A stretch of DNA of 63,276 nt, the filler included, from Octopus bimaculoides (taxonomy: Eukaryota): assembly GCF_001194135.2 (NCBI RefSeq). It is 8 parts of 8 records of this genome, joined end to end, with 100 filler letters (N's around TTAATTAATTAA, not from the genome) between each part and the next. Parts side by side here need not be neighbours in the genome. Positions count along the whole stretch, not along the records: positions 8,907 to 24,165 come from NC_069008.1; positions 24,266 to 32,295 come from NC_068987.1; 6 more parts are not named here. One strand, 5' to 3'. The position numbers were made by a program, and so were the translations under genes. The notes under the pieces are model-generated. The model was given only the letters and a program-made list of their open reading frames with translations, ran no database searches and was not told the origin of the DNA. This document shows positions 12,461 through 25,480 of the stretch, in pieces. Each line of letters begins with the position of its first letter. Within the stretch, counting starts at the first letter, position 1.

Positions 12461-12903
12461 ACCTATTATATACAACATTTAAATAAAACAGATATGCCAG
12501 AGGGAAAAGCGAATTCAAGGTGATGTCAACAAAAGAGAGCACATCGATTTCCTCGTCTTTTATCCTTGACTTGCTTCAACTCAAAACGTAATGACGGACG
12601 AAACGCTGCTAAGCACAACGGGGCACAGCCTTGAAGGGTCTAGTCGAATTAATTGACCCTACTACTAATTTTTTCCTTAGCCTGGTGCTCGTTCCACTGG
12701 GTACTTTTGAGGAAGCCGCTCAGTCACGGGAACGTACACAAAGCAATATCGGTCGTCAGGCGGTGGTGGGGAAAAAAAACACAAGCACAATCACACGAAC
12801 TATTAGATAGATCGATCGATCGATCGATCGATAGACAGACAGACGGATGGGTAGGTAGGTATATACATAATGCATACATACAAGTATGTGTGTGTGCATG
12901 TGA

Positions 12904-12947
<44 letters not shown>

Positions 12948-13302
12948 TATATATAANNNNNNNNNNNNNNNNNNNNNNNNNNNNNNNNNNNNNNNNNNNN
13001 NNNNNNNNNNNNNNNNNNNNNNNNNNNNNNNNNNNNNNNNNNNNNNNNNNNNNNNNNNNNNNNNNNNNNNNNNNNNNNNNNNNNNNNNNNNNNNNNNNNN
13101 NNNNNNNNNNNNNNNNNNNNNNNNNNNNNNNNNNNNNNNNNNNNNNNNNNNNNNNNNNNNNNNNNNNNNNNNNNNNNNNNNNNNNNNNNNNNNNNNNNNN
13201 NNNNNNNNNTATATATATATATATATTTCTGCATATACACATATAAGCTCGTACATAGGTGTTTATCTTCTGAATATATTTAATTATATGCTTTTCTCTC
13301 TT

Positions 13303-13334
<32 letters not shown>

Positions 13335-15333
13335 ATTTTCAAACATATAAGTGTATATGAAACATTTTTACACACAAAGAGGAGGCCATCAACAGGACTC
13401 CCTTACATGATAGAAAGGCCAGTTAAAACCCAAACCACGGAAAAGGAGAATTCATGAGGCACGCCGTTATGACACTAGAACGAACAGAAAACGAATTAGT
13501 TAATCCCGAAATCGAGTTTCGCTATTAATGAATAATAATTTTTTATATTACAGAATTATTAAAAAGAAGAAAAAAAACAAAAGAATTTTAGTTGTTATCG
13601 CTCTTTTCATTTCTAACATCATTAATTCATTTACCTTTAAGATTCATCACTGTTACAGAGTCGTTGAGTAAACTTCAGGTGTCTCACTACAAACAATAGT
13701 TTCTGCCTTTTAATGTTATTTTTTTCTAATTTTGATAAACAGGCTTTCTTTTATTCATTTCTGTTCTCTTCGTTCTGACAATTTAAGAATTGACTCACAA
13801 TGCATTTCCTTTTGCATTGGCTTCGAGACGTTATGTTCTTAAAACAAGGTCTTCAGATTTTTCCTCACTTTTATGAAGACAAGTGTGCAACTTGAACTTT
13901 CTTTCCTGCTAGCTCCTAGCCCCAGAAGTTGTCGCCAGGTTGTTTTACTTTTCTGAAACCCGTCCTTGAACTTAGGGCCTTATATTTTCGTTTCTTTCCT
14001 TCCAAAATACTTTGCTTTCAAGATTATAAGTAAATTTCCAGTTTCACCCGGAGCTCCGTTAGTTGTTTAATCATAATCAGTGACCACTTCTATCCATCGA
14101 TCTTAGCAAATAAACTACTTCAAACAAGTGGACTGCATTTATATGCTAAGTGGACAATAGACGTTTAGTTTAATTTCGCAATATATCAATAGCTATTAAT
14201 TTTTAATTTTGCATTGAGGAAATTATAGTTAATATTCCCGAAAGAGGTGTGATCAATGAATGCAAGAAGTGAATTAAGATTTTTATGAATTGTATTTTGA
14301 TTAGAATTGTATTTTGTTTTTAAGTGAATATTGATAATGTTCTCCGAGAAAGGTATGGTCGTTACAAATTCCCAGTTTAATTTGCAAACAAACTTCTTCA
14401 CAATATTTAGTTTATTCCTGCCTCGTGTGTTCGGATTTGGCCAACATTGCATTCACTGTTTATGCCAGCTTTGCCTTTTATTGATAAAGGTGCTAATAAT
14501 ATTTTAAGTTTGGTTCGAGTCATGTTGATCTACCTTACAAACTTTGAACATATTAATAGTTAAAAGAAACTGCCTTGAAGATAATAAATATTGTAGAATT
14601 AAAAATCTTATAAGTTTTTGAAATGGCGGACAAATGAGAGATGAGCTGGAATATAGTCAGCAGATTCAGAGACGTGTCTGTTATTTTAACAGAAGAGGCA
14701 CATCTCGGAATCTTGGTATTCTAGTGTTGTTGTTGTTGTTGTTTAGCTACAAGTTCGATTGAGTAACCTTTTATAACCAAGAAATTGCTGAGATTGTGCT
14801 ATAAGGACCACATTACACAAATATGTTTTTCTAAAAGTGTGAAGTATATTACGTTAAATGTTTGGTTGTAATTACTAATATCTTGAGCAACTGTTCATAA
14901 AATAGGCTCTCTCCTTGGTATGTAATGTACTGAATGAAGGTCCCCAAACCAAGTAGATGGTTACTTTGTAATACAGTTAGATGCAGATTAATATACGTAA
15001 GATACAGGCTAACATAATGTAGCGGCTAGAAACTACCTTTCGTCAATTGAAACTACACGCGTTAATTAGGAGACAAACCATTAGCGTTAATGACAGTTAC
15101 TAAAAAAAAACAGTTAAGAGAGAAAACTCCGAAATATTTAATTTATTAAAATTGAAATTGCATCATGGAATGAGGCATGAGGTTAGGTGACATCAAGGGC
15201 ATGTTTTACATTATTAAATCTGTCTAATAAAGTATAGGCAACATGAACCTAATAATATTTCCGTTAAGCCTGCGCTTAACTATGTGTTTTTCTAAGCAGA
15301 AGGTATTCCAGAGAAATTTTTTGGTGATATAAA

Positions 15334-16270
15334 TACGAGGAATAATGAAAAATTATATGCACTCCTGTTTTTTCAATGTATTTACATAAAAGTAGGGGAT
15401 AAACAAGCACGTCATTTTTCTATATAGTTTCCTTCCTTTTCGATGCACTTGGTCCAGTGGTTCACAAGCTTACGTATTTCCACCAAGAAGGAGGTTTTCG
15501 ATTGGTCGTACAACCATTTATGCACCGTTTCCTTCACAATTTCATCCGTAAGAAATCAATAGCCTCGTAAACCATCTCTGAGCGTTTCAAATATATGATA
15601 GTCGGAAGGGGCGAAATCTGAGCTGTAGGCAGGGGCTTCCAGAACCTCAAAACCCAATTGGTTAATGGTTTTAACGATCTGAGCGGCCGTGTGTGTGCAT
15701 GCATTGTGATGCAACAACAAAATTTTCTTCGACGACAGGCTTCGGCGCTTGGTGCGAATTGCTGGCTTCCCGGCAGTCTTCCAAAGCTCTTTTGAGCCCC
15801 CCAAAAGGGTGAGAATCACCTTTCCCACGAAAAACTGAGTTCTGAATTTCTTCGTCTCTGGCGAGCCAGGATGTTTCCACTCCATACTCTGTCTTTTGGA
15901 TTCTGCCTCATAATGATGCACCCACATTTCATCTCCTGTGACTATTCTGATCAAATATTCTTCGCCCTCATTGTTGCAGCGAGTGAGTAAACGTTGGCAG
16001 ACCTCAAAACGCTTGCGCTTGTGTTCTACAATATGCTATCATGACAACCATCTTGCACAGGCTTTATGGAAGCCGAACTCATCGTGAATGAGTTGATAGG
16101 CAGAACCATAACTAATCTGCAACAAACAACCTACCTCATCGATGATAACTTGCCGGTTCGCCATTACCATCTCCCGAAGTTGCTAAATCTTCTCGTCAGT
16201 GGTGGAGGTTGACGGGCGTCTCAATATTGTGCTAAAAGCCTTCCATTTTCAGCACCTGGCCCACCTTCCG
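15334..16270 (-). mobile_element. Degenerate mariner (DD34D-type) element
   Basis: RIVTGDEMWVHHYEAESKRQSMEWKHPGSP...PAYSSDFAPSDYHIF. TIR-like end TA|cgagg at 15334. The other end is truncated. Confidence 0.88.
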
Positions 16271-16299
16271 GCCAGGGAAATCGGATCACTGCTCTTTGG

Positions 16300-16560
16300 C
16301 ACTGGGATAAAAAGAAAACGACCAAATTATCCAGTCATATATGGTCATTAAAAGATAAAGGTGTCAGTTACAACATCCATTGGAAGATCTTAGCCAAGTG
16401 TAAGCCTTACACCAACGGCAGTGGAAAGTGCGGTCTTTGTGATATGGAAAGGTGGCTCATCTGGAAAAGCAGCTTAAACCCCGCTATATGTCTAAACAAT
16501 ATTAAATGTTGTTTACCGATCAAACTGATAAATCTAACAGACTCTGATAAAAACACAAAT
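16300..16560 (+). mobile_element. Penelope-like element, GIY-YIG endonuclease C-terminal fragment
   Basis: My translation: TTKLSSHIWSLKDKGVSYNIHWKILAKCKPYTNGSGKCGLCDMERWLIW, with the LSxxIWxLK...CxLCxxE pattern. Confidence 0.75.
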
Positions 16561-17053
16561 AAAATATTAAGAATTGGAAAAAAAGCTCATTAATTTGAGA
16601 GAATTAACAAGTTCAAACAAGAAATATCCGAGTATTCTTTCAAACGTTGAAGTATAAATTGTGCCATACATTTTGAAGGAAAAAATTGGAAATATTAATA
16701 ACACCCGGCTGCTGACTGCTTAAAACAACCTTGAATCTAATCAATTGATCATCAATACTGATTTATTTGTTCGAAGTATATTATTTTCTATCGTTCCAAA
16801 TCATTGCGTTATAAATATTTTACGAACTTAAATAGCCATGAATTATCACCTAATTAATCATCAGTAACAGTTAGTACCCAAATATTATAAGATACTCGTA
16901 ATCAAGAAAAAAAGTGATTATTATTTTATTTAATGTTTAAATGAAGCTCAGTGGAGGCGCAATGGCCCAGTGGTTAGGGCAGCGGACTCGCGGTCACAGG
17001 ATCGCTGTTTCGATTCCCAGGAGGGACACACATATAAGAAAGAAGAAAGCAAA

Positions 17054-17098
17054 GGACCACTGATGAGGTCACAGAAGTGTGACGAAAGAACTCTGGCC
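17054..17098 (+). ncRNA. Minimal type I hammerhead ribozyme-like motif with canonical core
   Basis: GG-A-CCA CUGAUGA G GUCAC-agaagu-GUGAC GAAA G-aa-CUC/UGGCC. Intact CUGANGA and GAAA boxes, 5-bp stem II, CUC triplet, stem I CCA/UGG extended by GG/CC past a bulged A. Confidence 0.6.
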
Positions 17099-19025
17099 GA
17101 AATATGATTAATGTAATGTAATGTAATATAAAGCTGAAGCAAATTAACACCAAATATACATTGCGTGTGTTTTTATTGACTAAACTGGCAACATGACCAT
17201 CCCCGAATACAACAATATCTGTTTCAACACATGATTTCACATCAAAAATCTTGCAAGACAAATATATAAACAGATCATCAATATTTACTTTAAACCAAAA
17301 CACCATCCTGATCAAGGCTTTATTTCACAAAAATATTAACTCTCTTCTTGTCCTCGTTGATCACACCTCTTTCGAGAGCATAAATTATAATAATCTCTAG
17401 TGCAAAGCTAAAAATTAAAAGCTATTGGTAAATTGAAAATTGAAACTATAATTCTATTACTCACTCAGCTTATAAATGCAGTCCACTTGTTTGAAGCAGT
17501 TTATTTGCTAAGATCGATGAATAGAAGCAGTCATTGATTAAATAACTAACGGAGCACTGGATGAAACTGATAATTTACTTATGATCTTGAAAGCAAAGTA
17601 TTTTGAAAAGAAAGAAACGAAAATATAAGGCCTCGACTTTTAGGACGTGTTTAAGAAAAGTAAAACAACCTGGCGACAACTTCTGGAGTTAGCACGGAAG
17701 ACTCAAGTTGCACATTGATCTTTATGAGAGTGAGATAACATCTGGAGGTATTGTTTTACGAACATCATTCTCTCGAAGCCAATGCAACAAAAAAATTGAC
17801 TGTGAGATTATTCTTAAATTGTCAGAACGAAGAGGATAGAAATATTTAAAAGAAAGCTTGTTTAACTAAACTAGAAAAAATAATATTAAAAGGCAGAATA
17901 TATTTTTTTCAGTTGGTGGATTTTCAACTAAAAGTGAAGTTTACTCAACAAGTTTACTCTGTAACAATCATAAATCTTAAAGGTAAATGAATTAATGTTA
18001 GAAATGAAAAGAGCGATAACTGAAATTGTCTTTATAATATTATAATATAAAAAACTGTAGCTGCCTTGTGCTTTTATTTCATTCGGTTTACCGTTATGTT
18101 TTCCATTCCCAAAGAGAATGAAAAGGTCCAGGATGGATTTGTAGGAATCATGGATCGACTGATAAGATATGTTCTGATTTCGAAACCCACTGTAATAAGT
18201 TTTGCCCTCTTGTCTATCTGTCTCCTATGTTATTTATGTCGATAACAGAAATCGTTATTAGACAGAAGGCTATGGCAAAGAGAATCTCTCTCCAACTAAA
18301 ATATCATTATTTAGTCTGTATTCGGCTTCCCCTATCGCATTTAACGAAATGACAATAAAAGCTCATGTGATATACAGGAGGTGAATCCAGTCGATTATAT
18401 ATTTTTGCTTTAGAAAAATCTTGAAACTGAAAGAAACCCGTGTAAGAAATTATCTTTTTATTGTGTCTGGAGAGGGTCATTCTCTTTAAGTGACTTGTTA
18501 ATTTAACACACTCACCGGTCTGATTTCTACTCATTTATTATTTTTTGCTAAAATTTTCGTTGAGACTTACAACCTTTTTAATATCTTTTTAGATATACAG
18601 TAATATTTAATCATCTAATAGCTAGGATACTGCCTTTCACCCAGTCGAGGAACTGCGCCATTTTTAGGTGCAGGCGTTCCTGTGAGATAAGACGTTTTCT
18701 TTCCAACCACAAGGTTCCGAATTTAGTCTCACTGTCTGGTACATTGGGTAGGTGTACTATCCTATAGCTTCAGGCCAACTAAATTTTTGTGAATGGATTT
18801 GTTGGACGGGACCTGAAAGAAACCCGTCAGGTAAAGATATGCACATATGTACATATGTGTATATAATTGTGGTCATCATTTTGTGTGTACGTATCGACGC
18901 ACATATATGTATGTGTATGTGTATATATGTACATATGTATGTATACGGGTATATATATAAATATACGTAAATGGGTGTATACATGTGTGTAAGTGAATAT
19001 ATAGGCATATGTATGTCCACATTCG

Positions 19026-19057
<32 letters not shown>

Positions 19058-19061
19058 TGTG

Positions 19062-19116
<55 letters not shown>

Positions 19117-19412
19117 NNNNNNNNNNNNNNNNNNNNNNNNNNNNNNNNNNNNNNNNNNNNNNNNNNNNNNNNNNNNNNNNNNNNNNNNNNNNNNNNNNNN
19201 NNNNNNNNNNNNNNNNNNNNNNNNNNNNNNNNNNNNNNNNNNNNNNNNNNNNNNNNNNNNNNNNNNNNNNNNNNNNNNNNNNNNNNNNNNNNNNNNNNNN
19301 NNNNNNNNNNNNNNNNNNNNNNNNNNNNNNNNNNNNNNNNNNNNNNNNNNNNNNNNNNNNNNNNNNNNNNNNNNNNNNNNNNNNTACATATATATGTATA
19401 TGTATATATCTA

Positions 19413-19476
<64 letters not shown>

Positions 19477-19501
19477 TATATATGTATATGTATATATCTA
19501 T

Positions 19502-19561
<60 letters not shown>

Positions 19562-20051
19562 ATGTGTATGTATGTATACGGGTGTGCGCGCGCGTATGTA
19601 TTTTGCGCATGTGTATATTGTCATAAATTTATATGCTTGTATGTATGTGTGTACATGCGCCATACATTCGTTATTGACTTTTTCAACCTAGGAACGTCTT
19701 CAATCCATCGTTGTTCAATTTATAAAAACAAACTTACGTCATTATAAGTTATTGATGATTAATCGACCTCTTCTGGATATGCATCACTCATTTTTTCACT
19801 CAAGGTCTTTTTCGATATAATATAATACTAGCTGAGTACACGGCATAGCTCGGGATTAAAATGGCATAGTTTTCTATCGTTTTACTTGTTTCGGTTATGT
19901 AATTGCGGCCATGTTGGAGCAATGCTTTAGTCGAAAAAAAAATCACCACCAGGATTTATTCTTTCGGTGCGTTTTACCAAACAGCTAGATTACGGGTATG
20001 TAAACACGGCAACATCAATTGTCAAGCGATGGTGGGGTACACACACGCATG

Positions 20052-20109
<58 letters not shown>

Positions 20110-20328
20110 NNNNNNNNNNNNNNNNNNNNNNNNNNNNNNNNNNNNNNNNNNNNNNNNNNNNNNNNNNNNNNNNNNNNNNNNNNNNNNNNNNNNNNNNNNN
20201 NNNNNNNNNNNNNNNNNNNNNNNNNNNNNNNNNNNNNNNNNNNNNNNNNNNNNNNNNNNNNNNNNNNNNNNNNNNNNNNNNNNNNNNNNNNNNNNNNNNN
20301 NNNNNNNNNNNNNNNNNNNNNNNNNNNN

Positions 20329-20371
<43 letters not shown>

Positions 20372-20532
20372 GTTTTGGGATTTGGTTTCCAAATGTGTGA
20401 ATGTGTGTGTTTATTTACACTTTTTAGATCGATGAAATCAGTGGATTATGTTATTCTGGATTTGGAAAAGGAAATATGAGCATGTATCCGAAAAAGGCTG
20501 CCATGGAAAAGGGACATAACGATGTATGTATA

Positions 20533-20788
20533 TATATAATTTAGACAAAAACCACTATTAAATAATTCAATAAAGAAGAATGTAATTCATACCTAGAAAA
20601 TAAATACATCATAAAAACCTTATTCAAAAAATCAATAAAATGCACAAAAGACTACCATTTATTAGTTATTCTTTTAAGTATTTAATTGATTTTTTGAACA
20701 AGGTTTTTATGATGTATTTATTTTCTAGGTATGAATTACATTCTTCTTTATTGAATTATTTAATAGTGGTTTTTCTCTAAATTATATA
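20533..20788. repeat. Fold-back palindrome: 111-bp arms with a 34-bp spacer
   Basis: 20533-20643 pairs with 20678-20788; I count 4 non-Watson-Crick positions. Confidence 0.9.
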
Positions 20789-20875
20789 CATATATTTTAT
20801 ATTGGGAAATTTGATTTAGTATTGCTTGCTAAATTGAATTTTGCCCTGTAAGTTTTGGACTTTATNNNNNNNNNN

Positions 20876-20920
<45 letters not shown>

Positions 20921-20929
20921 TACATGTGT

Positions 20930-21335
20930 ACACAGGGTGTAATGGTCTAATTGTCGCCATTTCATACTTTTAATTTCGCACATGTGCATTGTTTTGTTTT
21001 TGACTTTGTTGACTAAACAGTATAGTAGGGTCAGTTGGGCACCGTCTGTGAGAAAAGCAGTACCATGACGCAATACACTCTGCCAGGAGTTTGGAAAACC
21101 CGACAAGCTGTACTACTTGGCATTCGCGCTGGAAGCTCCAATACGGATATTTCAAAGTTTTTGGGTATCAATCTGAGGACAGTGCAATCTGAGGACATGT
21201 ACCCAGAGGGATAAATGTCAAACATGCAGTCATCATCAAGGTGTTTGGAGTGATCATTGGTGATGGCGCCGTTATGCATCCATTCATCTTCCCACACGGC
21301 CTCTGACTCAACATGGAAGCCGTTGGAGGCATGTT
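20930..21335 (+). mobile_element. Internally deleted Tc1/mariner-superfamily (maT/DD37D-like) element
   Basis: TIR-like start cagggtgtaatgg. HTH peptide RQAVLLGIRAGSSNTDISKFLGINLRTVQ followed by VFGVIIGDGAVMHPFIFPHGL*LN. Confidence 0.65.
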
Positions 21336-21376
21336 GGTGTCAGGAGGCTTCATTTTGCAACAATTTATATATAACT

Positions 21377-21730
21377 AGGCGTAGGAGTGGATGTGTGGTA
21401 AGTAGCTTGCTTACGAACCACATGGTTCCGGGTTCAGTCCCGCTGCGTGGCACCTTGGGCAAGTGTCTTCTACTATAGCCTCGGGCTCACCAAAGCCTTG
21501 TGAGTGGATTTGGTAGACGGAAACTGAAAGAAGTCCATCGTATATATGTATATATATGTGTATATGCGTGTGTGTGTTTGTGTGTCTGTGTTTGTCCCCC
21601 CAACATTGCTTGACAACCGATGCTGGTGTGTTTACGTCCCTGTAACTTAGCAGTTCATCAAAAAAGAGACCGAAAGAATAAGTACTAGGCTTACAAAGAA
21701 TAAGTCCTGAGGTCGATTTGCTCGATTAAA
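21377..21730 (+). mobile_element. Same SINE family
   Basis: Homology to 3007-3455. Confidence 0.85.
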
Positions 21731-22743
21731 ATTGTCAAGGCTGTGCTCCAACCTCCTATNNNNNNNNNNNNNNNNNNNNNNNNNNNNNNNNNNNNNNNNN
21801 NNNNNNNNNNNNNNNNNNNNNNNNNNNNNNNNNNNNNNNNNNNNNNNNNNNNNNNNNNNNNNNNNNNNNNNNNNNNNNNNNNNNNNNNNNNNNNNNNNNN
21901 NNNNNNNNNNNNNNNNNNNNNNNNNNNNNNNNNNNNNNNNNNNNNNNNNNNNNNNNNNNNNNNNNNNNNNNNNNNNNNNNNNNNNNNNNNNNNNNNNNNN
22001 NNNNNNNNNNNNNNNNNNNNNNNNNNNNNNNNNNNNNNNNNNNNNNNNNNNNNNNNNNNNNNNNNNNNNNNNNNNNNNNNNNNNNNNNNNNNNNNNNNNN
22101 NNNNNNNNNNNNNNNNNNNNNNNNNNNNNNNNNNNNNNNNNNNNNNNNNNNNNNNNNNNNNNNNNNNNNNNNNNNNNNNNNNNNNNNNNNNNNNNNNNNN
22201 NNNNNNNNNNNNNNNNNNNNNNNNNNNNNNNNNNNNNNNNNNNNNNNNNNNNNNNNNNNNNNNNNNNNNNNNNNNNNNNNNNNNNNNNNNNNNNNNNNNN
22301 NNNNNNNNNNNNNNNNNNNNNNNNNNNNNNNNNNNNNNNNNNNNNNNNNNNNNNNNNNNNNNNNNNNNNNNNNNNNNNNNNNNNNNNNNNNNNNNNNNNN
22401 NNNNNNNNNNNNNNNNNNNNNNNNNNNNNNNNNNNNNNNNNNNNNNNNNNNNNNNNNNNNNNNNNNNNNNNNNNNNNNNNNNNNNNNNNNNNNNNNNNNN
22501 NNNNNNNNNNNNNNNNNNNNNNNNNNNNNNNNNNNNNNNNNNNNNNNNNNNNNNNNNNNNNNNNNNNNNNNNNNNNNNNNNNNNNNNNNNNNNNNNNNNN
22601 NNNNNNNNNNNNNNNNNNNNNNNNNNNNNNNNNNNNNNNNNNNNNNNNNNNNNNNNNNNNNNNNNNNNNNNNNNNNNNNNNNNNNNNNNNNNNNNNNNNT
22701 TTTGTTTTTTTTTCCTATTCCCTCTCTATTTATTTCTTCGTAT

Positions 22744-22860
22744 TTCTTTCTGTCAAAGTGCATAGGCTTGAAACGTAAACTACTTATCGGTTTTTTTCTC
22801 GAGCGTCAAACTAATACACTTGCGTGTTATTCCTACACCTGTCTTTCTAAAAATTTGAAC
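22744..22860 (+). mobile_element. Copy of the same short repeat family (degenerate motif at 22744-22783)
   Basis: ctttctgtcaaagtgcataggcttgaaacgta...gagcgtcaaactaatac aligns to the reverse complement of 8550-8625. Confidence 0.55.
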
Positions 22861-23027
22861 TACATACATACATACATACATACATACATACATACATGCA
22901 CACATACAAAATACATACATACACATATGTTTGCATGTATGTATATCATCATATGACGTATGTGTTATACACTCTCTTTCTATCTCTATCTCTCTCTGAG
23001 ACGCACACGCACACACANNNNNNNNNN

Positions 23028-23071
<44 letters not shown>

Positions 23072-23780
23072 TAGATGTTATTGCTCGGCAGTTTGAATCA
23101 AGATGCAAATATATATAATGTATACAGAATATCTGATATTCCTTTACGTTCTAATACCACAACAGAATCTTTAACACTTTGACTGTAAATAAAGCATTAC
23201 GTTTTCCTAATGGAAATATTTTATATTCTGTTTTGTAATAATAGAACTGACGAAAAATTGTTAGCCTAGAAGAGGAGATAATTACTCTTGCTAATTTTAT
23301 TATGTTATTTCTCCTTAATCAATTCAAAGAATATTTGTGTATGAGGGGAGATAATTACTGATCCTAATTTTATGTTATTTCCATGTGATATGAGTTATAC
23401 ACGATATGCAAATTATTTCAACAATTTTCCTGGAAAACAACACTAGAAATGTGTGACTAGGTGGTCCTTCTATATGCTAGAAATACGAGTCAAATCTGCT
23501 TCACTTCAAAAAAAAAAAAAAAAAAAAAAAAGAAATAAAGAAATGGAAAAAACGAAGATGTAAAAATGAAAATGAGAAATAAAGGAAGAAAGACAAGCAA
23601 AGGAAGAAAGAATGAATGAATGACTGAATGAATGAATGAATGAATGAAGGAAGGAAAGAAAAAAGAACGGTAAAAATGAAAAAATAAATGAAGGAAGAAA
23701 GACAGAAGGAAAGAAAGAATAAAAGAAAGAACGGTAAAAAGAAAGAAAGAAAGAATGGTAGAAAGATAGAATGAATGAAT

Positions 23781-24165
23781 GGAAAATCTCTTGAAAAGGA
23801 GTAGTTTATAGAGCTAAAGTACAAATACAAGAATACAAAACATACACATAAGCTTCGGAAAATTCATTCAAGACTAGGTTTTATTTCCACCGAAATTCTT
23901 TTCGACACCCCAAAAATAGGACAGCAACAAGTCTAGCAAAACACGTCTGGCAATTGAAGGAAAATGACATCCATCTTTTCAATCTCAGTTGGACAATTTT
24001 GGAGAAAGCAGCACAATATAAACATGGAGCATACAGAAGACCATTGAAATGCAATCTTTGCCTTGCAGAAAAACTCTTCATCCTGTTCCAGGATACACAA
24101 GCATTGAACCAAAGACGAGAACTTCTAAAGTCTTGCAGGCACACTACGAAGTTTAAAATGTCAAC
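23781..24165 (+). mobile_element. Penelope-like GIY-YIG endonuclease fragment, cut by a scaffold join
   Basis: VVYRAKV..YKTY..SENSFKTRFYFHRNSFRH..TSLAKHVWQLKE..CNLCLAEKLFIL..LNQRRELLKSCRH. Confidence 0.85.
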
Positions 24166-24299
24166 NNNNNNNNNNNNNNNNNNNNNNNNNNNNNNNNNNN
24201 NNNNNNNNNTTAATTAATTAANNNNNNNNNNNNNNNNNNNNNNNNNNNNNNNNNNNNNNNNNNNNTGTATATAAATGCATTTATATATATATATATATG

Positions 24300-24359
<60 letters not shown>

Positions 24360-24544
24360 ATAGATATGATACACACAAACATACAGATATATAAATGTGT
24401 GTGTGTGTGTGTGTGTACAGAAAATAACATTTGAATTTGATACATGTTTTAAGTATTAGAAGTGGAATGGATATGATTACTCTTTTTTTCTTTTAGATTC
24501 AATGTTTCTGTTGAGGATTATGATAAAGGCTTTCGTTGTGAAAA

Positions 24545-24847
24545 ATACACAAGTTGATAATGGTGATAACTGTAGAGACAAGAATGGTTGAGTTGTGTTG
24601 GGTTGGGTTGGTGGTGACAATGATGGTGATGATGATGGTGTTGATGATGGTGATAGTGTCGATGCTGATGATGATGACGACGGTGACAACGATGACGATG
24701 ACGACGATGACAATGACAACAACGACGGTGACAACGATCATGATGATGATATTGATGATGATGAAGATGATGAAGGTGACGACGACAACGACAATGATGA
24801 TGGTGCTGCTGATGATGACAACAATGATCATCATCATCATCATCATC
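24545..24847. repeat. (GAT/GAC)n degenerate trinucleotide tract adjoining the RTE tail
   Basis: Simple-sequence composition. Confidence 0.9.
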
Positions 24848-24849
24848 GT

Positions 24850-25480
24850 TTAACGTCCGCTTTCCATGCTAGCATGGGTTGGACGATTTGACTGAGGACT
24901 GGTGAAACCGGATGGCAACACCAGGCTCCAATCTAATTTGGCAGAGTTTCTACAGCTGGATGACCTTCCTAACGCCAACCACTCAGAGAGTGTAGTGGGT
25001 GCTTTTACGTGTCACCCGCACGAAAACGGCCACGCTCGAAATGGTGTCTTTTATNNNNNNNNNNNNNNNNNNNNNNNNNNNNNNNNNNNNNNNNNNNNNN
25101 NNNNNNNNNNNNNNNNNNNNNNNNNNNNNGGGGCACTGGCAACGATCTCACTCGAAAATCCTACGGGAGCCAGTCAGGCGGTACTGGCAACGGCCACGCT
25201 CAAAATGGTGCATCTCATGTGCCACCCGCACAAGAGCCAGTCCAGGGGCACTGGCAACGATCTTACTTGGCTTGCCGGGTCTTCTCACGCACAGCACATT
25301 TCCAAAGGTCTCGGTCAGTAGTCATCGCCTCGGTGAGGCCCAATGTACGAAGGTCTTGCCTCACCACCTCAGCCCAGGTCTTCCTGGGCCTACCTCTTCC
25401 ACGGGTTCCCTCAACTGTTAAGGTGTGGCACTTTTTCACGCAGCTATCCTCATCAACAACAAACACCAATGCCAGCACAT
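24850..25480 (-). mobile_element. RTE-clade LINE 3' end with (ATG)n tail
   Basis: C-terminal peptide CVKKCHTLTVEGTRGRGRPRKTWAEVVRQDLRTLGLTEAMTTDRDLWK, conserved 3' UTR, then a (CAT)n run on the + strand. Confidence 0.85.

Larger units (their letters stand above)
13535..18058. repeat. Diverged inverted repeat pair: about 13535-14340 versus about 17270-18058
   Basis: For example gttatcgctcttttcatttctaac (13593) matches gttagaaatgaaaagagcgataac (about 17996), and homology continues along about 800 bp. Confidence 0.85.

Noticed and set aside
16953-17020. tRNA gene (also 51160-51235 and 54630-54705)
   Set aside because: tRNA-like A/B boxes, but the sequence continues into a shared SINE body and no complete cloverleaf is evident.
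24477-24891. Poly-Asp, poly-Ser or poly-His ORFs
   Set aside because: Simple trinucleotide tract contiguous with an RTE tail; open in most frames.
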